Translations under genes and position numbers: made by a program
NCBI GenBank assembly: GCA_918797485.1
Contig: CAKKNE010000001.1
Coordinates: 2,666,001 to 2,730,000, forward strand
DNA length: 64,000 nucleotides
Reading direction: 5' to 3'
DNA from: Pelagomonas calceolata
Taxonomy: Eukaryota
Notes under the pieces: model-generated
The model's input: only the letters and a program-made list of their open reading frames with translations
Databases searched by the model: none
What the model was told of the DNA's origin: nothing
Part shown: piece after piece, positions 38,751 through 53,452 of the stretch
How the letters are laid out: the number at the start of each line of letters is the position of its first letter
Numbering within the stretch: position 1 is the first letter of the stretch

Positions 38751-40091
38751 GGCTTCTAGTTGGCGATGAGGTATACATCCCTCTAGTTGGGACTGAAAGG
38801 TTTAGGCTGTTTCAAGGTTCTCCAATAGGACTTTCGGCATTTTGTCGTGCGCCGCACCAAGACTTGATGCGGGAGCGCCCAGTCGCCAGCGACGGGCCGA
38901 CTGAATGAATGATTATGAGCGGATGAACGCAGGGGACTTTTAGAATTCCCTGTGCGCGCCGGGGAGGGGAGCTAGCGCGCATTTTCCTTGAAGTCTATAT
39001 GTGAAAGCCCTTCAAGCCGTGGCTCATAGCCCGCCAAACTGACTCATCGCCGATGCAGCAAATCAAAACCTCCGTTTTAGGAGACTGACAGCGGGCGATT
39101 CATTTCCTACTGGGTTTCCAGAGTAGAAAAAGCAGAAGGTAATTGTCGCCTGGTCCCTCGGGCGGCAGCCCACCGTACACCGCCTAAAGCCGGCTCTGGG
39201 TCGCAGCGCCAAGTAAGGAAGGCAAACGCACGGCGGCGCCGGGGGCCCCCGTGCGAATCAATGGCAGCGGCCGGGCCCAGTGGTGGCAGCCTTAGCTGGT
39301 TAGAAGCGGTGCGAATCAATGGCAGGGTAACTGTCCAATAAGAAATTACTAAATTCGATTTCATGTTCTGTAAAATCTACAAAAAGTATTTTGTGTATCT
39401 TTGTTGGGTTCGGGCGATCCGGACCCTGCACCATCCGGACTTATGCTGGCTTTCGTCGAAAATTTGAAAATCCAGGGTTGGCCCTTAGTGGTTTTCTTGC
39501 TAAACTTGAAGTCACTAAACGGGTTTTATGCGCTTCAAAATAAGCTCAGCAGTGGAGTCCGTTGGAGACGCTGTTGCGGGAAGAAAATTCAGTAAAATTT
39601 ATATCGATCATACGGTGGGTTCTAAGAAGACTAATAGCGGCCGGGAGAGCTACGACGATTTCCGTACATTCTATTTTTTATGTATGGAGAGATATTTATT
39701 TATCCGAGTCATCATGCCCTAGCTTGGGTTCAACATTGCAGGGTATCTTGGCTTCATGCCCTGGTCGAAGTGTCGCCCTTGGGAGCCTGGGGTCCGGGCG
39801 CGGCACAAAAAAGTGCTAAGCGCTGTGATGTGGCCGTGACCGTGACTCGGACTGGCAGGTAGTATTTCAAGTTTTACTCACTGTTTCAGAGGCGCAAGCA
39901 TACTATATTATGCGGACTACAATGATGCTGCAGGTGAGTCCTGATTATCATGACGGATGTCATGCCTTATCTTTGTCTGCTTTCATCAACCGTGACCCCA
40001 ATGTGCAGGGGATACAACTTGCAAACCGCCACAGGCTGCTAGATTGTTACGAGATGCAATGTGTTCATTGTAGGAGGGTTTTATTCCTGCA

Positions 40092-42108
40092 TTAGTCAAC
40101 CTTGATGGAACCAAATATGACAATGTTGAACCACAATGCAGCGTAGAAGCCAGTAGTTCCAGTAAAAAGAAATATACCGAAGCAGATGATCAACATGTAG
40201 CCAAAATAGAGGAGGTATGTAATCGGAAGATTGGACTCTAGCTTTGTAAAATACAGTGAAGAATACACGAAGACGTAGGCAGCGGTGGATCCTGAAGTAA
40301 GAAATGTTCTCCACCACCAACGATAATCTTCCGCACACAGTTGGAAATATAAGAACACAATGGTGATTTCTGCACATGTAATCAAGAGGATGGCAAAGAC
40401 AAGGAAAGTAAAACCAAAGACATAATAGTATTGGTCCATCCACATAGAGGAGAGAATAAAAAATAATTCAACGAAACAAGCACCAAAAGGCAAGATGCCG
40501 CCGGTGGTTACGGTAAAAGCGGAGCTAAGATACCAAGGCGGCATAGGGATGGGCCGAGGAATGTTTGAATACTTTGCTGGGAATTCTATAGGTTCTTTCC
40601 GGAACCCAAGGTAAGCACCCAGAAAGACCAGGGGGACGGATATACCTAGCCACAGTGCAAGTAAGGCGACCATGCTGGTAATAGGCACAGCGCCCGTCGA
40701 GTCTTTATAGGACGCGAGCGCCAAATCGAGGCTCACAAAAACCAAAAAAGAACCACCCGGGAAGAGAAGTGCCGTTGCTGCTGTAGCGCGCTGCCAATGT
40801 TGGCCTTTGAAAGTCTTGTAAAGGCGGGCACAGTGGTACCCCGCAAAGGTACCCATCAAGGCAAATAATACAAGCATCACAAACATGAGTGATCCTCGAT
40901 TAGCAGGTGAAATAAAGCCGACGGCCGCGAACGCAATTGTTAATAGGGCCATGACAAGAACTTGTACGCCCCCCCCAATAAAAACACAAAGAAACATGGG
41001 ACATGTTGTCGGGGGCCGAAATACATCCTGGTGTACCAGCTTCCAGCCTGTCTCTTCGCTTGTTGAAATTTCGGACTCTGGATCTTCATCAGTTGGTAGA
41101 CGATTGTATTGACTTATGTCGCGACGCAAGTTGCGCGTCAGGATTATGGCAATCATACCGCTTAAGCAGAATACGATCAAGAGCGAGTTGACGATGGAAA
41201 ACCAGTGCACCTTTTTGGGCACTGCGTTGTCCATCGATAGGTATATGTCCCAGCGGGAAGCCCATTTGATATTGCTAGGTTTCCATACAATGTCATACGT
41301 AAACAGCACCTCGATCGATTTTGTTAGCGCCAATGCATGATCTTTCGCCTGATTCAGATCCATGGGTTCCGCCGTCGAACATGTCTGCAGAGCTGGTGTC
41401 GTATCCTTGCCATCCCAAGACACACCACCAACAAATTCATGTTGCACGGAAAAGGGCTCGACGTAAAAGCCCACTATCCGATTCCCACCAGGAACTGCTT
41501 CATGATATTCAATGACGATGTTTGCGTGGTTATAAAGAAAGTGCTTACCCGAGACTCGGTCGTAGTAACCCACGGGAAAACCGCGACTATAACTTGTCGT
41601 TACAAATGATTCCGTATCTATCACGCTTGCAGCCGGAATATTGTCTACAATCCAATTATGATGGTACCATTCGTCAATAGATCGTTTAAATTGTAGTATG
41701 TTGTGTGCATTAAGCTTGGTCTGACACAACACCTTGCAATACTCATCCATACGCATGAATAGCAAGTACCTATCGTGTATAGAAAGATTTCAAAAATCGG
41801 GCATGACAGCTCACGGAGAATTTTCGATTCGGTCTCCACTAAGAAATTCCCCTAGATTCTCCGCAGTCGCTTGCACACCGCCATGCGGTTTGCAAAATTT
41901 ATGGCTGTAATAATCATACGGTAGTTGCGTGCGGACCGAGGTCAACTTGTTTACCTGTGGTTGACGTCATATCGAGCACCTAGAAAATTAAGACTACCTT
42001 CAATTCGACCTTCTCTCCGGATTCGTATTCCCTAGGAGCCACGCCTGGGAGGTAGAACGCACGAGCAAAGTTTAATGCCCACGCGACCGAGACCAAACGC
42101 GCATTCAT
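40092..42108 (-). CDS. Transmembrane 9 superfamily (nonaspanin/EMP70), TM9SF2/4-like
   Basis: Signal peptide then [86 protein letters not shown]-terminal IKVD. Three exons; intron 1 is 41997-41955. Confidence 0.95.
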
Positions 42109-44541
42109 TACAGTGCTTGGGAACAAGTTACGCAGTGCGCTAAGGGCTAAGCAGTCGTTTTTAGGTAGTGAATGCCGTGACAGAAAAGCGCCGGCAATTA
42201 GATAAATCTGCTGCTCGTAACACAGGGTATGTTGACCTGATGTGTCCGTGCGCCGATGGAGTTGTAGCGGCACGTCGGCACGTTTAATTGGACTGGCAGC
42301 CGTCCGACAAAATTCTCTTGATGTATAAATCCGTTGGTTGAATTATTGTTTGAAGATGAATTGGTGTTGTCATCTGCTAGACCATACATGGATCTTAATG
42401 GATTTTGTTCAAATGTATCCCAAGATCGTTCTTCGTATTGAGTAGGTGTGTATGCTTCATCTTCATCAGGGTCTTGAGCTCTTGGAGCAAGGCCTGATAG
42501 TGTGTCTCTTAGTTCTTCTTGGTGTTCTTCACCAAGAGTTACGTCACCAGAGTCATGAGAACTCTGTAACATTAAAGTATTCGTTTCGGGGTCGTTTTTA
42601 TCGTTTCTAGGTGTGACTGGGAGAGTGTAGCGAGTTAGCGGACGCTGCCTCTGACCTCCGTGCTAGGAGAGGCCACGCAGTCACGTCAGAGACGATATCC
42701 ACGGAGAATGACGCCGGATCCGCTCTGCGTGTGGGCCACACAACCTGCAGGAAATAAGTAGGGTGCGGTGGTATACCGACCCTCTGCAACGGTGTGAGTG
42801 AGTTTGGCGTAAGTGACTCCCCGTGTAATACTAGCACTAAGAATGAATGTGGTGTAAACCTTCATTACGTCAAGGTGGGACTAAGTAGGAGAGTAAGAGG
42901 GGCCTAGTGTAGTACTAGGGGGTATATTCTTCGCATCTAGAGCAGCCGCGTTGCAATGAATACGGGCGCAACTCGAGAATAAGAGGTTTCAGGCCCCTCG
43001 GGACCTCTGCGCGGACTTTGGAGAAGCGTGCGTTGCAGGAAGTGGGCGGTTTCGAGGCAACGTCGGCTGAAAAACCCTTCGATGCCACTTATTGCTGCCG
43101 TTCGGGCCACCGCAGTGTCGGAAATCATCGACTATGACCCCGCGCCGGCCGCCGGGCCCGTGGTTTCTCGCACAAGCGCTCTCGAAGCTCTCAATTTGTC
43201 CCACGTCGACCTCGATGCGGCCGCCGCGGTGCGATGATTTCCAGCGTTTTGAGCGGGCGAAGTCGTCCGCGGGGCTCGGGGCACACCCACCGTACTGCAC
43301 GGACCGGTTTTGTGGTGGGCGGGTGCCCGCATCGCGTCGGAGAGCTGCCGCGCTCTTTTGTGGCGTACCGCCTCGGTTGACCCCTTGGGCGGTCAGAAAT
43401 AGCTTGGGGCACACGAGGCCAAAAATGTCTCGTTTAATCGAGTTTCACGGGTTTTTGCCGTTTTTGAGGCTTTGCGCCCTAATCCCGATCCCCGTAGAAC
43501 CCATCGCCCCCAGGATCCGTGAATGGTCCCCCCAACCCTCGAAAGCCGGAGTTGCCCCCATATCCATCCGCGGGAAGGCGAGATTAGAAACCCGTCTGAC
43601 CCCCCAGACACCCCGAAGGGGACGTGGCTATGCCTAGTCTAAGTGAGGGCAGCTTAGACCTAAAGATAGGCTACTTAGGCCAAGGTCCCCCCCCCCCAAA
43701 ACCCGAAATCAGTGGTTTATAATCAAAAAGTCTTAAACCCGCACGGAAGTTCCCCCACGCCGGATTTTTTACCCTTGCGGAGCAGCCCCCCGCAGGGGGA
43801 AAGGTGTGAACTCCTCCAGGGTTAGCTGCCCTCAGGGCAGGTGACCCTGAAGGAGTTTATACCTTTTTTGCGCATGAGGGCCCGGGAAGCCTGGGGGCCA
43901 CTACAGTACCATCATCATAGTAGCTGTTTTGCCTGGCTCTTATCCTCGGCTTGGAATTCGGTGCCACGGTCACGGTGCGGCATTCAAAGAGATGCTCTAA
44001 GCCCAGAAGCCTGGCGAAAGGGCAGTCCAGGAATGTCCTGAGATGCGTGAGAGGGAAGACACGAGAGGGGCAGCGAACGCTCCGGAGGCTTTGACGATAA
44101 ATAGCTTTGATTCCAGTCTCACAAACCTCCAGGCCCTTTCAACGTCGTAAGTTCATCGCCAGAATTCTCAAACAAAAATCATCTGTCTAATTCTATCATC
44201 TAAACTATCATCAACATGTGGATCGATTATTGTGACAAAGACGCATGTCGATGGCGCTTGAAGAGCGCATTCATCGGGTAGATGGTAATTTTGGTAATCA
44301 ATTACTAATATCTGGAGCCTTAGTACAAAAATTTAGACTTTCGTTGAAGAATAGATGATACGTGAGGGGGGACTCCTTTTTCTTCGCAAAATCCGGGTGA
44401 ATCTTCAGCTGAGTACCAGTGATTTCAGTCCGACAGGCGGTAGTGAGGATTGTCGTTTGAATATACAGCCGAGATCCCTAGGGACGAATATACACCTGTT
44501 TGTACATAAAACCCTCATCACAATCTCAAATGCATATCTAG

Positions 44542-45973
44542 CTATTCGCTGCTGTCTATGAATAGACCCTTCCCCCGTAACAACGGCTTTTTCTCTTGTG
44601 TGACCAGTGTGTCTAGCCTAGTCAAGGTCGCACAGTAGAGAAACAGGGCACCCGCGAAAACATATGAAGTAACAACAGACCACAAGACCAACCATCTGAT
44701 TATAGTGTCTGGGTAGCCGCGGGCAAGCATTGCATCGTAGATATAGCCAAGGATATAGGAGGCTAGAGACCCAAAGAAAGTAGCAATGAGGGTAAAACAT
44801 GCTATCGCGAGTGCGCGACAATCTGCTTCAAGAGCTGATTGCATGGTAGCGACAACAGGACCAAACCAGCACTCCGCAATTAGATATTCCACAAAAAGGC
44901 CAAGGAAAATTGAAACATAAAAATCAGAAGCCAGGCAGCAAATAGCCATGAAAGGTAGTGAGCCAAAACAACCGCAAACTGGAAGGTACATGCGCGCTCG
45001 TGGCTCGACGGCGCGCCATTTATCTGCCAGCATGCCTCCAAGCCATGAAGAAATGAACCCACCACCAGCAACAACATATGCGTTTATATAGGAGTATTGA
45101 TCGTCAAAGTTTGGAAACACGGAGGCAAATAGTGCAGGCAAATAGCCTGCAATCACGTAGCCACCCATGTAACGCAGGGATGAAGCCGCAAAAACCAGTA
45201 CAACTAATTCATTGCTAAATATAGCCCAAATTGCCTGAACAAAATTCTTCTTCGCCGCCGCTGGGATATGCCCGCCTTCAGCATTTAAGGCGGGCAATTT
45301 CGATTTTCTTGAAGGACGTTGTGGCTCACGAATGCTCACGACCTCGATTACTGAAATACAAAAGCCAATTGTTGCAATTAAAAAGCAAGTATTGCGCCAG
45401 CCCAGGTCCGCACTCATGGATATACACATGGATGCCATCCCGCCTCCAATGTACACACCACAAGCAAATAAGCCATTGGCTTGTGACCGCTGGCTCTCCG
45501 GGAAGTAGTCTGCAATTAGAGAGTAGCTAGCAGGGCTCGAAAATGCCTGGCCAAAACCGAGAACCAGCCGCCAAAGTAGGACCTCCAAGTAGGAGTGGCC
45601 TACGTTTCACAGACCTTAGGCATCTATTAAATATTTAATAAAAGGAAATGTGCTCACTGTAGCCAATCATAAGCAGGGCCACGTTCCAGGCAAAGATGCC
45701 AGTAAAAATAATCAATTTTCGTGAGGAGATGTCTGCCGCGCGTCCAGCCACCAGTCCCGCCAAACAGAACGTCCCGCTAAATCCATAGCCGGTCAATATA
45801 CCGTATTCCGTGTAGGAAATGCTGTCTGCATGCTTGATGGACACAAAGTCATCATCTTGACTTACATTGTACAGGTAATTCAGGGAGTAGCGTGACCACT
45901 GCTGTTGCGTATAAATCAGTCCTAGTACAAGAAGTACGAACCAGGAGAATGCGGGAACTTCACGAGCAATCAT
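44542..45973 (-). CDS. MFS transporter, spinster-like
   Basis: Exons 45973-45658 and 45599-44542. MFS motif A-like GRAADISSRK, ASYSLIADYFPESQRSQANG, GGMLADKW, and many TM segments. Confidence 0.85.
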
Positions 45974-46022
45974 ACTTGCCAAAAGCACCTCATGTACCGT
46001 AGGTAACTCGTGTGCCGTAGGT

Positions 46023-46036
46023 CCTACCGTAGGCAC
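46023..46036 (-). promoter_or_regulatory. Candidate promoter-proximal motif GTGCCTACGGTAGG upstream of the MFS gene
   Basis: The identical 14-mer occurs at 56742-56755 in the same relative orientation and at a similar distance from the SWR1 ATG. Confidence 0.3.
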
Positions 46037-47151
46037 TAGAGAGAGAGAGAACCCTCTAGCCCTTCCTACCCTAGATAGGGCCCCGGGCCGAGTAACCCCG
46101 GGTAATTCTTTCTTCTAAGATTGGACGCATCCTCCATGAGTCCCGGGCCTAATTAAGATAAATTACTAGTACCCTGCGGCGAATCTTAATCATACTGCGT
46201 GGAGACTTCAAGTTCGAATTTTATAGGGGGGTGAGCGCAATTAGTCGACGTTGATTTTGATTTTGCGCAATGTGCGTACAGCCACGCGCCGGCCGAATGG
46301 CGGGGAATTTTTGCTAACTTGAAAATAATGCCCGGGCCAGTGGGCGGCTGTGCGCAGTTTGGTACCATCATGATGCGGGCAGCCTCGCGATATCTATATA
46401 GGGCTATATAGGGCTCAAAGGGATTTTCCGGTGTTTGGCTAGGCCGAGCCGTGCGATCATTCGGAGGGGGCAAACCGAGTATCTCCGAGTCGAAAGAAAT
46501 CATACCTCACGTTCTTCCTCGAAGCCTGAGGCCGATGATGATATAAGTTGAGTGGTTTTTTACACCACTTTTTCAAAGTTTGATTTTAGAGGCCAATTAA
46601 GCCCTGTTCGCTGCGCTCACTGGCATAGGACAATCGGCCTCTAATCAAAAAAGCGGCCTGGGATGATGAAAAAAAGACACTGGCACATCAACTTATTTTG
46701 GGGTTCCCCCGCCCCAACCTTACCAAATGTACTAGTAGATTTTAGAATTTTAAGATTTATATTTAATTTGTTATGCCAGCACTGGCAGTGACGAAAATAA
46801 TTTTATGCAATATGTGTGTGTGTGTTGAACTTGCTCAAGATATACACCAATTTGCCTTGCATTACTCAGGCTACTAGAAATAACTTTTATGTCACGGTCC
46901 AGCGGTGCGCGTGACATTAAAAATAAATAATTAATTAATGAGGAATACCTCTAAAGGCCTTCTCACTTCAAGTTGCCTTCCCCCGCGAGTGACGTCATGC
47001 AGGTAAGTATACGGGGGGATCCGGACATTATAATTTAACTCATCACTGGGATCCTTGGCCAGCACCCCGATGTAAGCAATTCTAGGCAGCCCCACAAGCT
47101 CGGGCGCTTCCACAAGCCCACTGCAACTTGCGGGCGATTCGGACGTTGAAC

Positions 47152-50100
47152 TTAACGGTCAACTTCAATCTCTTCCCATGGAACCAGAACTGGCGAGAGA
47201 GTGTCTATCGAACTTGCTATTTGCGGGTCTCTATGCTCGCCCTGGCGCAGGACAGTGTTTATGTAGACTCGAACCGCCTCCATAAAATGATGTAGCAAAA
47301 GTGGTTGATCCTCTGTAACAGTCCTGCTTCTCATCGACTTTTGAAGTTCACCATTCGAGTACCTGCGGGGTGTACATATGATCCATGGCATAATAAATGT
47401 CTTTTCTGGTATGATTTTACACACAAGATACTGGACACTGCTTGCTCTGAAGTGAGAACAACAAAGTGTGAGGGCTCTAAAGCAATTCGAAGTGACCATA
47501 TCTGTGCGGAACATACTTTCCACCAGATGGATAGCGCAGCATGACGCAGCTGGAGGTAGAGGGTTAAAGCAGCAGGTTTATCGCATGCCACACATTCATA
47601 GAGAATCCTGGCACACCAATGTTCGACTGATGCCACTCTTCCAAGCAAACTGTCAAAAGCCAATGCTTGAGGATCATGCCCAAAACTTACATGATAACCA
47701 AGATTATCACAGAACTGTCTTGCAAAAGTTAGGAGAAATGGATCATCTGCATATGGCACAAGAACATCACTTTGAGTACCTGTGTAAGCTGAGTTGTGGT
47801 TGATCGTGATTTCATGCGTAAATATAAGCAATGATTCAAATCAAACAGGGCGCTACCCATATTAGCAGAGGCGTGGAAGGTGCGACGCGCCCATGGTGCT
47901 AAGATGCGTAAAGAGCAGAGATCTGATTTGTTGTTGATTCCGGATTCTCCAGCTACACCGGATGCCTCGCGCAGTGCACATGGGTCGTGAATGTAGCTCA
48001 AGTACCCAGGGCGACGTTTCACGTGAATAATAAGACACACAATTGCACGAGCATTCTGGAGATGCCTACATTAAATTGTGCGCTTAACGTGGGACAGTCG
48101 GCTTTTTAGTTCAGGGCGCTGTGCATTTCTGTAGACTATGCAGAGTAGCTGGATAGTAGCGCCCTGATGCGACTTGCACAGAGCCAATATTACACACAGG
48201 TGGAAGAAGGCACGGCGACATCACCCGCAAGATCTGTCTGGATGCAAATGAGCCAGCGACACCCTTCGCAATATAGTCTATGTCAGGATCTAGGTCTATC
48301 TGGAGTGGGACGGGGACATCGGTGCCAGTCTCTACATCAACCGTCTTTAGGCCCCGCCAGTCAACGGCCAGTACCCACAGATGCCTTAGGGGCTGAAGGT
48401 GATATTGGTTGTCGCTAGCGCTCCGAGGATAGCGTGGAAAAAGAGCAACAACGAGAGCTGCGATGGCTTCCTTCGATCTTGACAATGATGCACGACCGCA
48501 GCCAATAAATAGAAGACCAATAGACATATGCAAGGCCATGTGTGTACCTATATTGCGTAAAGTGCGAACTGATTTCAAACTGAGAATCATTCAAATGCAC
48601 CATATGTGATGTCTTCGTCGATGCGCAAACGAAGCTGGCGAAGTAATCGCAGGGACTCGAGATCACCAGTACCAGCCATCACCATTCCCAACGCAATTGA
48701 TATTGTAGCGAGGCACATCTCCAAGGTAGGCCGATCTGGCCGCCAAGCCAGTGAATGTTCTCGTATGACTGGATCTAAGAGAGCGTTGCTATGGGAGGTG
48801 TGCTTTGACTCCCGCGTCACGACTCCAGGGACCAAGTCGCATGCATTTCTCAGAGCCTTGAATCGTATTAAGAAGTACTTAAGGGTTGCAGCAGCCATAG
48901 CACAACCAGTTCCGGCATAGCGTAGACCAATTGCCTATGGGTAGATTGAAAAATGCTGTCAATAGGTTGTACACGGGCGCACGAAGCAGCCACCAGCGAC
49001 AATGTTGGCATGTGCTTGCTTTAAGGTACTCCAGTCAGCTGCGTCTTGCAAGGGCAATTCTTTTTGGCAACTGCACTTGCAGAACAGGACCTTTGCGCAC
49101 ATCTTACTCCTAGATGACCTACACATGCATCGCCTGAAATACTAGCACGAGCAGCAGACTTTAGACTGTACGAAACGGCTAGCAGTGCTTGCATCGAGTC
49201 TACAAGGACAGATGGAAGCTGGGCTTCAACCCACTCGGTTGTAGGTCTAATGAAATCCCACAGTATCAACCCGCGTGCTATCACACGAAGTAGCATAAAG
49301 TCTGGTCGTACTGTATCTATGAGGACACCTGTGTCTGGAAGACGAAGTCGTGCGGCGGCGGCGGTGGAGTTTGTCTGAATGAAGTAAAGTCCGAGTGCTA
49401 GGGTGGCACCAGGCGCAGTCAGGTCTGTGTTTAGATATTCACCCTCACGAACGCGAGAATTGCATACATGGTCTTCACACAAATAGTTACCTTGGTCTAC
49501 TGTGCTACTTAAGAGACGTAAGATCTGGCCTGATTTGCTCTCAGTGCCACCAGCAAGGGCATGATGCAAGCGCTGGGCGATCTCGAGGTCCCCAAGACCA
49601 GCGGCCTCATTGCTTGAACCCTTACCCAGCGTGACGAGTCCTAGCGCCAGACCGGCAGAAAGTGTATAAGCTTCGCGGTCCCGCATACGATCTCCACGGG
49701 AGCAGCATGCTATCTCGCCAAGGAGAAATTCTGCCATTAACCGGTGAGCTGTGCCGCAATAAAGCATGCCGATACCAGTTATTGCGGCTGTTTGTGCTGC
49801 AGCAGAGACCTCCATCTCTGCGAACGGCTGTGGGAGGAGAGCCGGGATGTGCAGACATAGCATCTTTGATACTGCTGCGTCACAGGAGCCACATTTTGCT
49901 GCAGCCATCCCGAGCAGCATACCAACTGTTGTCGGATCATGACCTAGGGTCAGATATTCGTATATATCTGTCATTGCCAAAACATGAAGTTGCTGTTGTA
50001 AGCCCAATGCGAGCAACAGCCCACCATGTTGGGGTGTGGGAATCTCTGGCTTGTTGTACACTATCCAAGTTCGTGTGATGCACACTGACTTTCTTTGTCT

Positions 50101-53100
50101 AGCAGTGAGGCGAGATGTCGATCTTAAGGACTGTAGTCGCAGACCAACAGCAACACCGTTGTGAAACTTTGGCCATAAGCTCAGAGCTCCTGCGAGAGGC
50201 GACGAGAGGTCAAGAGCCACAGTGACATTGCAAGGTGGTGAACGACCCAAAAGACACATTCTTGGTACCTGGAAGGCAGGTTGCACTACATACGTATATC
50301 AGTCACTCACCAGGAGAACCTCCGCTAGGGTACTTAAGGATGGTAATGACCTGAAAGTGATCATACCTCGGCCTGCAGCTGTCGCAAATGATCGGGTGCA
50401 TGCTAAAAGGAGAGATGCTTGCTTGCGCTGCTCAAAGTCATGATCAGATATCTCAGGGGGACGTGTTGCATTAAACAAAACCAGTTTTGATGAACATAGT
50501 AATCGAGATACTTCACGCAAGAGGGAATTGTCAGCATGGCACAGAGAGGCCATAGTACATATGCGTGTAAGTCTATGTAATTAGAGTGTTGATAGTGCTG
50601 CCTGCATCTAACAGTGTCTTCTATGGACACCGAGAGATACCCATCTTCGTCTAGGTAGGATATGTGGCCCTTATCCACTACATAAGCAGCGTACGTGTGT
50701 GTCCTGGCGCACATCATCTGTACTGCTTCCCAACTACGTGCCTCTATGGTAACTAATGATTCTTCACGGTGTTGGATCGCTAGATTTAGACAAGCAAGAT
50801 CACCACGACCAATAAGTTCATATGCAGAAGTAGGCCAACAGTCGGGTGGTCCCAGGCAACACACATTGAGAGCATCTTGTATAGGCACAACAAACCCCGG
50901 GGTCAGAAAGCCAAGCTCATCCAAATGTAGTCCAGTGCGTACCATCGCAAGGATGAGCTCTTCAGCTAGTTTTCGTCGCAAATCTAGGCAAGCTTGACCA
51001 CTAAGTACGTTTAAGATGCAAGAAAGGCGCCTTGCGCGAGAGCGAAAAGAAGCACAAGAACCATATTTTACGTCACCAAACAACTGACTTTTCAATATAT
51101 CAGAAACCCATTCTTGAACGCCAATTAACTGCTTCTTGTTTAGAGTACCTGAAGAAACAAAACCTATGCGCTCACTGACATCAGGTTCGTAGTTTATTTA
51201 AACGCAAGACTCTTACAGCTGTCTCTACTAGCATGAGATTGGCCCCTTTTTAGATTGGATTGAAGATCCTGGGAATTTACGCGGTCTGCTGGCTGAAAAT
51301 CCGTGCTTAGGGAATCAAGCAAGAAGCTTAGCGGTTCTAAGTGAGCCCAGGAGAGTGATGATAGCTTACAGTCTTCGCGAGCTGCATAGATCGCATCATA
51401 GATACGTTTCAGGTGCATTCTCCACTCAGCATCCACTTGGGTGAAGCCCAGAGCTCGATGGGCTACGTCTTGGGCGGCAGAAATTAGAGTAAAGTAACAC
51501 ACACGAGAGCGGTCTGTTAGTAAGCTCCCGGCTCTGATAGGCAAGGCAATCGCGATCTTGTATGCATATAACGAATGCTTTCGGTGTGTTTGATTGCAAA
51601 TCAAGTTCAACCAGAACCATTTGCTGTCGCTGCGATTATCACTGACAAAATCATGGCTCGGATTCAGATTAGCATTCAATAGTTTGCTACCTATGTGGAA
51701 AATGCTCAACAAGAGCGACGCTTTCATTGTAAAGGACACAAGTTGCTCATGATGCATCCAGGGAACCAAAAAGAGATTTAAGCGTAACTACAAACGCAGT
51801 CCATATGACTTCACTGAGTGAAATACCACAAGGGTAAGTGCTGCGGCCCAGAAAGTCCACGACAGTAAGCACCGAGGCACGCCTGTGTAGTAAGAACATC
51901 GCGCGAGGCATGAACCGCAGTACTTGGACCCTCAAGGTAACTTACAAGATGGATGCGAGCGAATGTGGTAGTGTGTCATCGAGTGCTGATAGAGCTGATT
52001 CTGCGAGTGCTGAATCAAGCGTGAGGGAGACCTTCAGGCGCATGTGCTGCCAGGAGGATGTCATGGTCAGGGCGGAGCAATCGTCCCATTGCGTGCCAAG
52101 AAGATGTGCCCCAGGTGCAAACAGGGGACTCGATAAACCTAGACGTTGTCATTTGAAATCAGGTTATCATTTGACATTTTTTGGCACTAGAAGTAGTAGC
52201 TGGACTGGCTAGCAAACTCGAAGTCTCTATGTATGACAAGGAAAGACCATCAATCATTAAAGCAAGACTCCCTTCTTGCCTTAAGACTACAAAACCAACA
52301 CGGTGCCGTTGTACGTTAACAGGTTGGGCATCAATGCATTGTATATTAAATGCAAATTGGAGCATAGGAGGTAAAAGAATATCAACCTCACTCAGTGAGG
52401 TAACTTTCAGCCCAATCAACCTGTGTGGTGTATGTCCATCTAAGTATCCTGTAACAATTTGCACAGACATCTCACGAAGGTTCTAAGTTAAAATTACTTT
52501 TATGCAACAGGAGGCAGAGCATGGACTCATTTTGCTCGCCACTCACGCAAAAAATTCGAATAGCAGCGGATGAACTAGCAAGGTGAATATTTCCATTTTG
52601 AGCCCCTATGCGTTGAGCTAATAGCTCCGGCCTTTGCGGGAATATGCTCTCTGTTGGTGTATGAAGCAGAGACATGTCTGATCCTGACACTTGACCACCG
52701 CACCTGCCTTCTTTGGATGAGGTGACTACTCGAGGCAAACGCGGCGGATCAAGTTTGCATTTTGTACACGTGCTTGGAGACGGAGTGCTTCCATAGTCTA
52801 CTCTAAGTGAACGTGAAGATCGTTTATGGATGCGCCATACAAAATGCTTTTGTTGCGACTTACTGTATGTGACTACTAAAAGGGGCACACCTTCAGCGAC
52901 GAAGACCACACGGTCTGGCGAACTATACGATATGTTGCCGTCATATGCTTGGTATGGGGCTTCAACAGCACAAAAATTCTCGAGTGGATGAGTCATTGAG
53001 AATAGGGGAATTCGTGGCGATAAATTAGATGCACAAAGCTGGGATTGCACGCACTGAAGAACAAGCCCCCCCTTGCTTACAGGACATGGTAAGATTGGCC

Positions 53101-53452
53101 AGATGCAGTCAACATGAAACGGTAGTGCTGCTTCTACTTGGCTCCCGTCGGGTGCAAAAAGGACAAGACTGCAACTATCCAGAAGCACGACAAGCCACGG
53201 GCCAGTGTTTCCACTGAATGAAACCCAGGTAACGGTTGCCACCTTTGCGACATCATCAAATTTCAGACTTCTGTAAGCGCACTGTCCAATCAAGGATTTC
53301 ACTATGACCCGATTTGCTGATACCTGTAATATCGTGGGACTGCCGTCAATGTCGTGTGCCCCGCGGACTTGGCGTGTAATGTAGGCCGTAACTCTAGCGT
53401 AGGTCATCGCATGCCGCAGCATCTTATGGCATCTTACGCCCGTTTTCAACAT
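47152..53452 (-). CDS. APC1: Anaphase-promoting complex subunit 1
   Basis: WPKFHNGVAVGL, WIVYNKP, HGGLLLALGL, LHIPALLP, TAHRLMAEFLLGEI, REAYTLSAGLALGLVTLGKG, TAPGATLALGL, VRPDFMLLR, VMAGTGDL, YGTHMALHMSIGLLF, DNQYHLQPLRHLWVLA. Multi-exon; the 5' boundary is uncertain. Confidence 0.92.

Noticed and set aside
44043..44360. Possible small spliced plus-strand gene
   Set aside because: I could not build a consistent exon chain or recognise a protein family.
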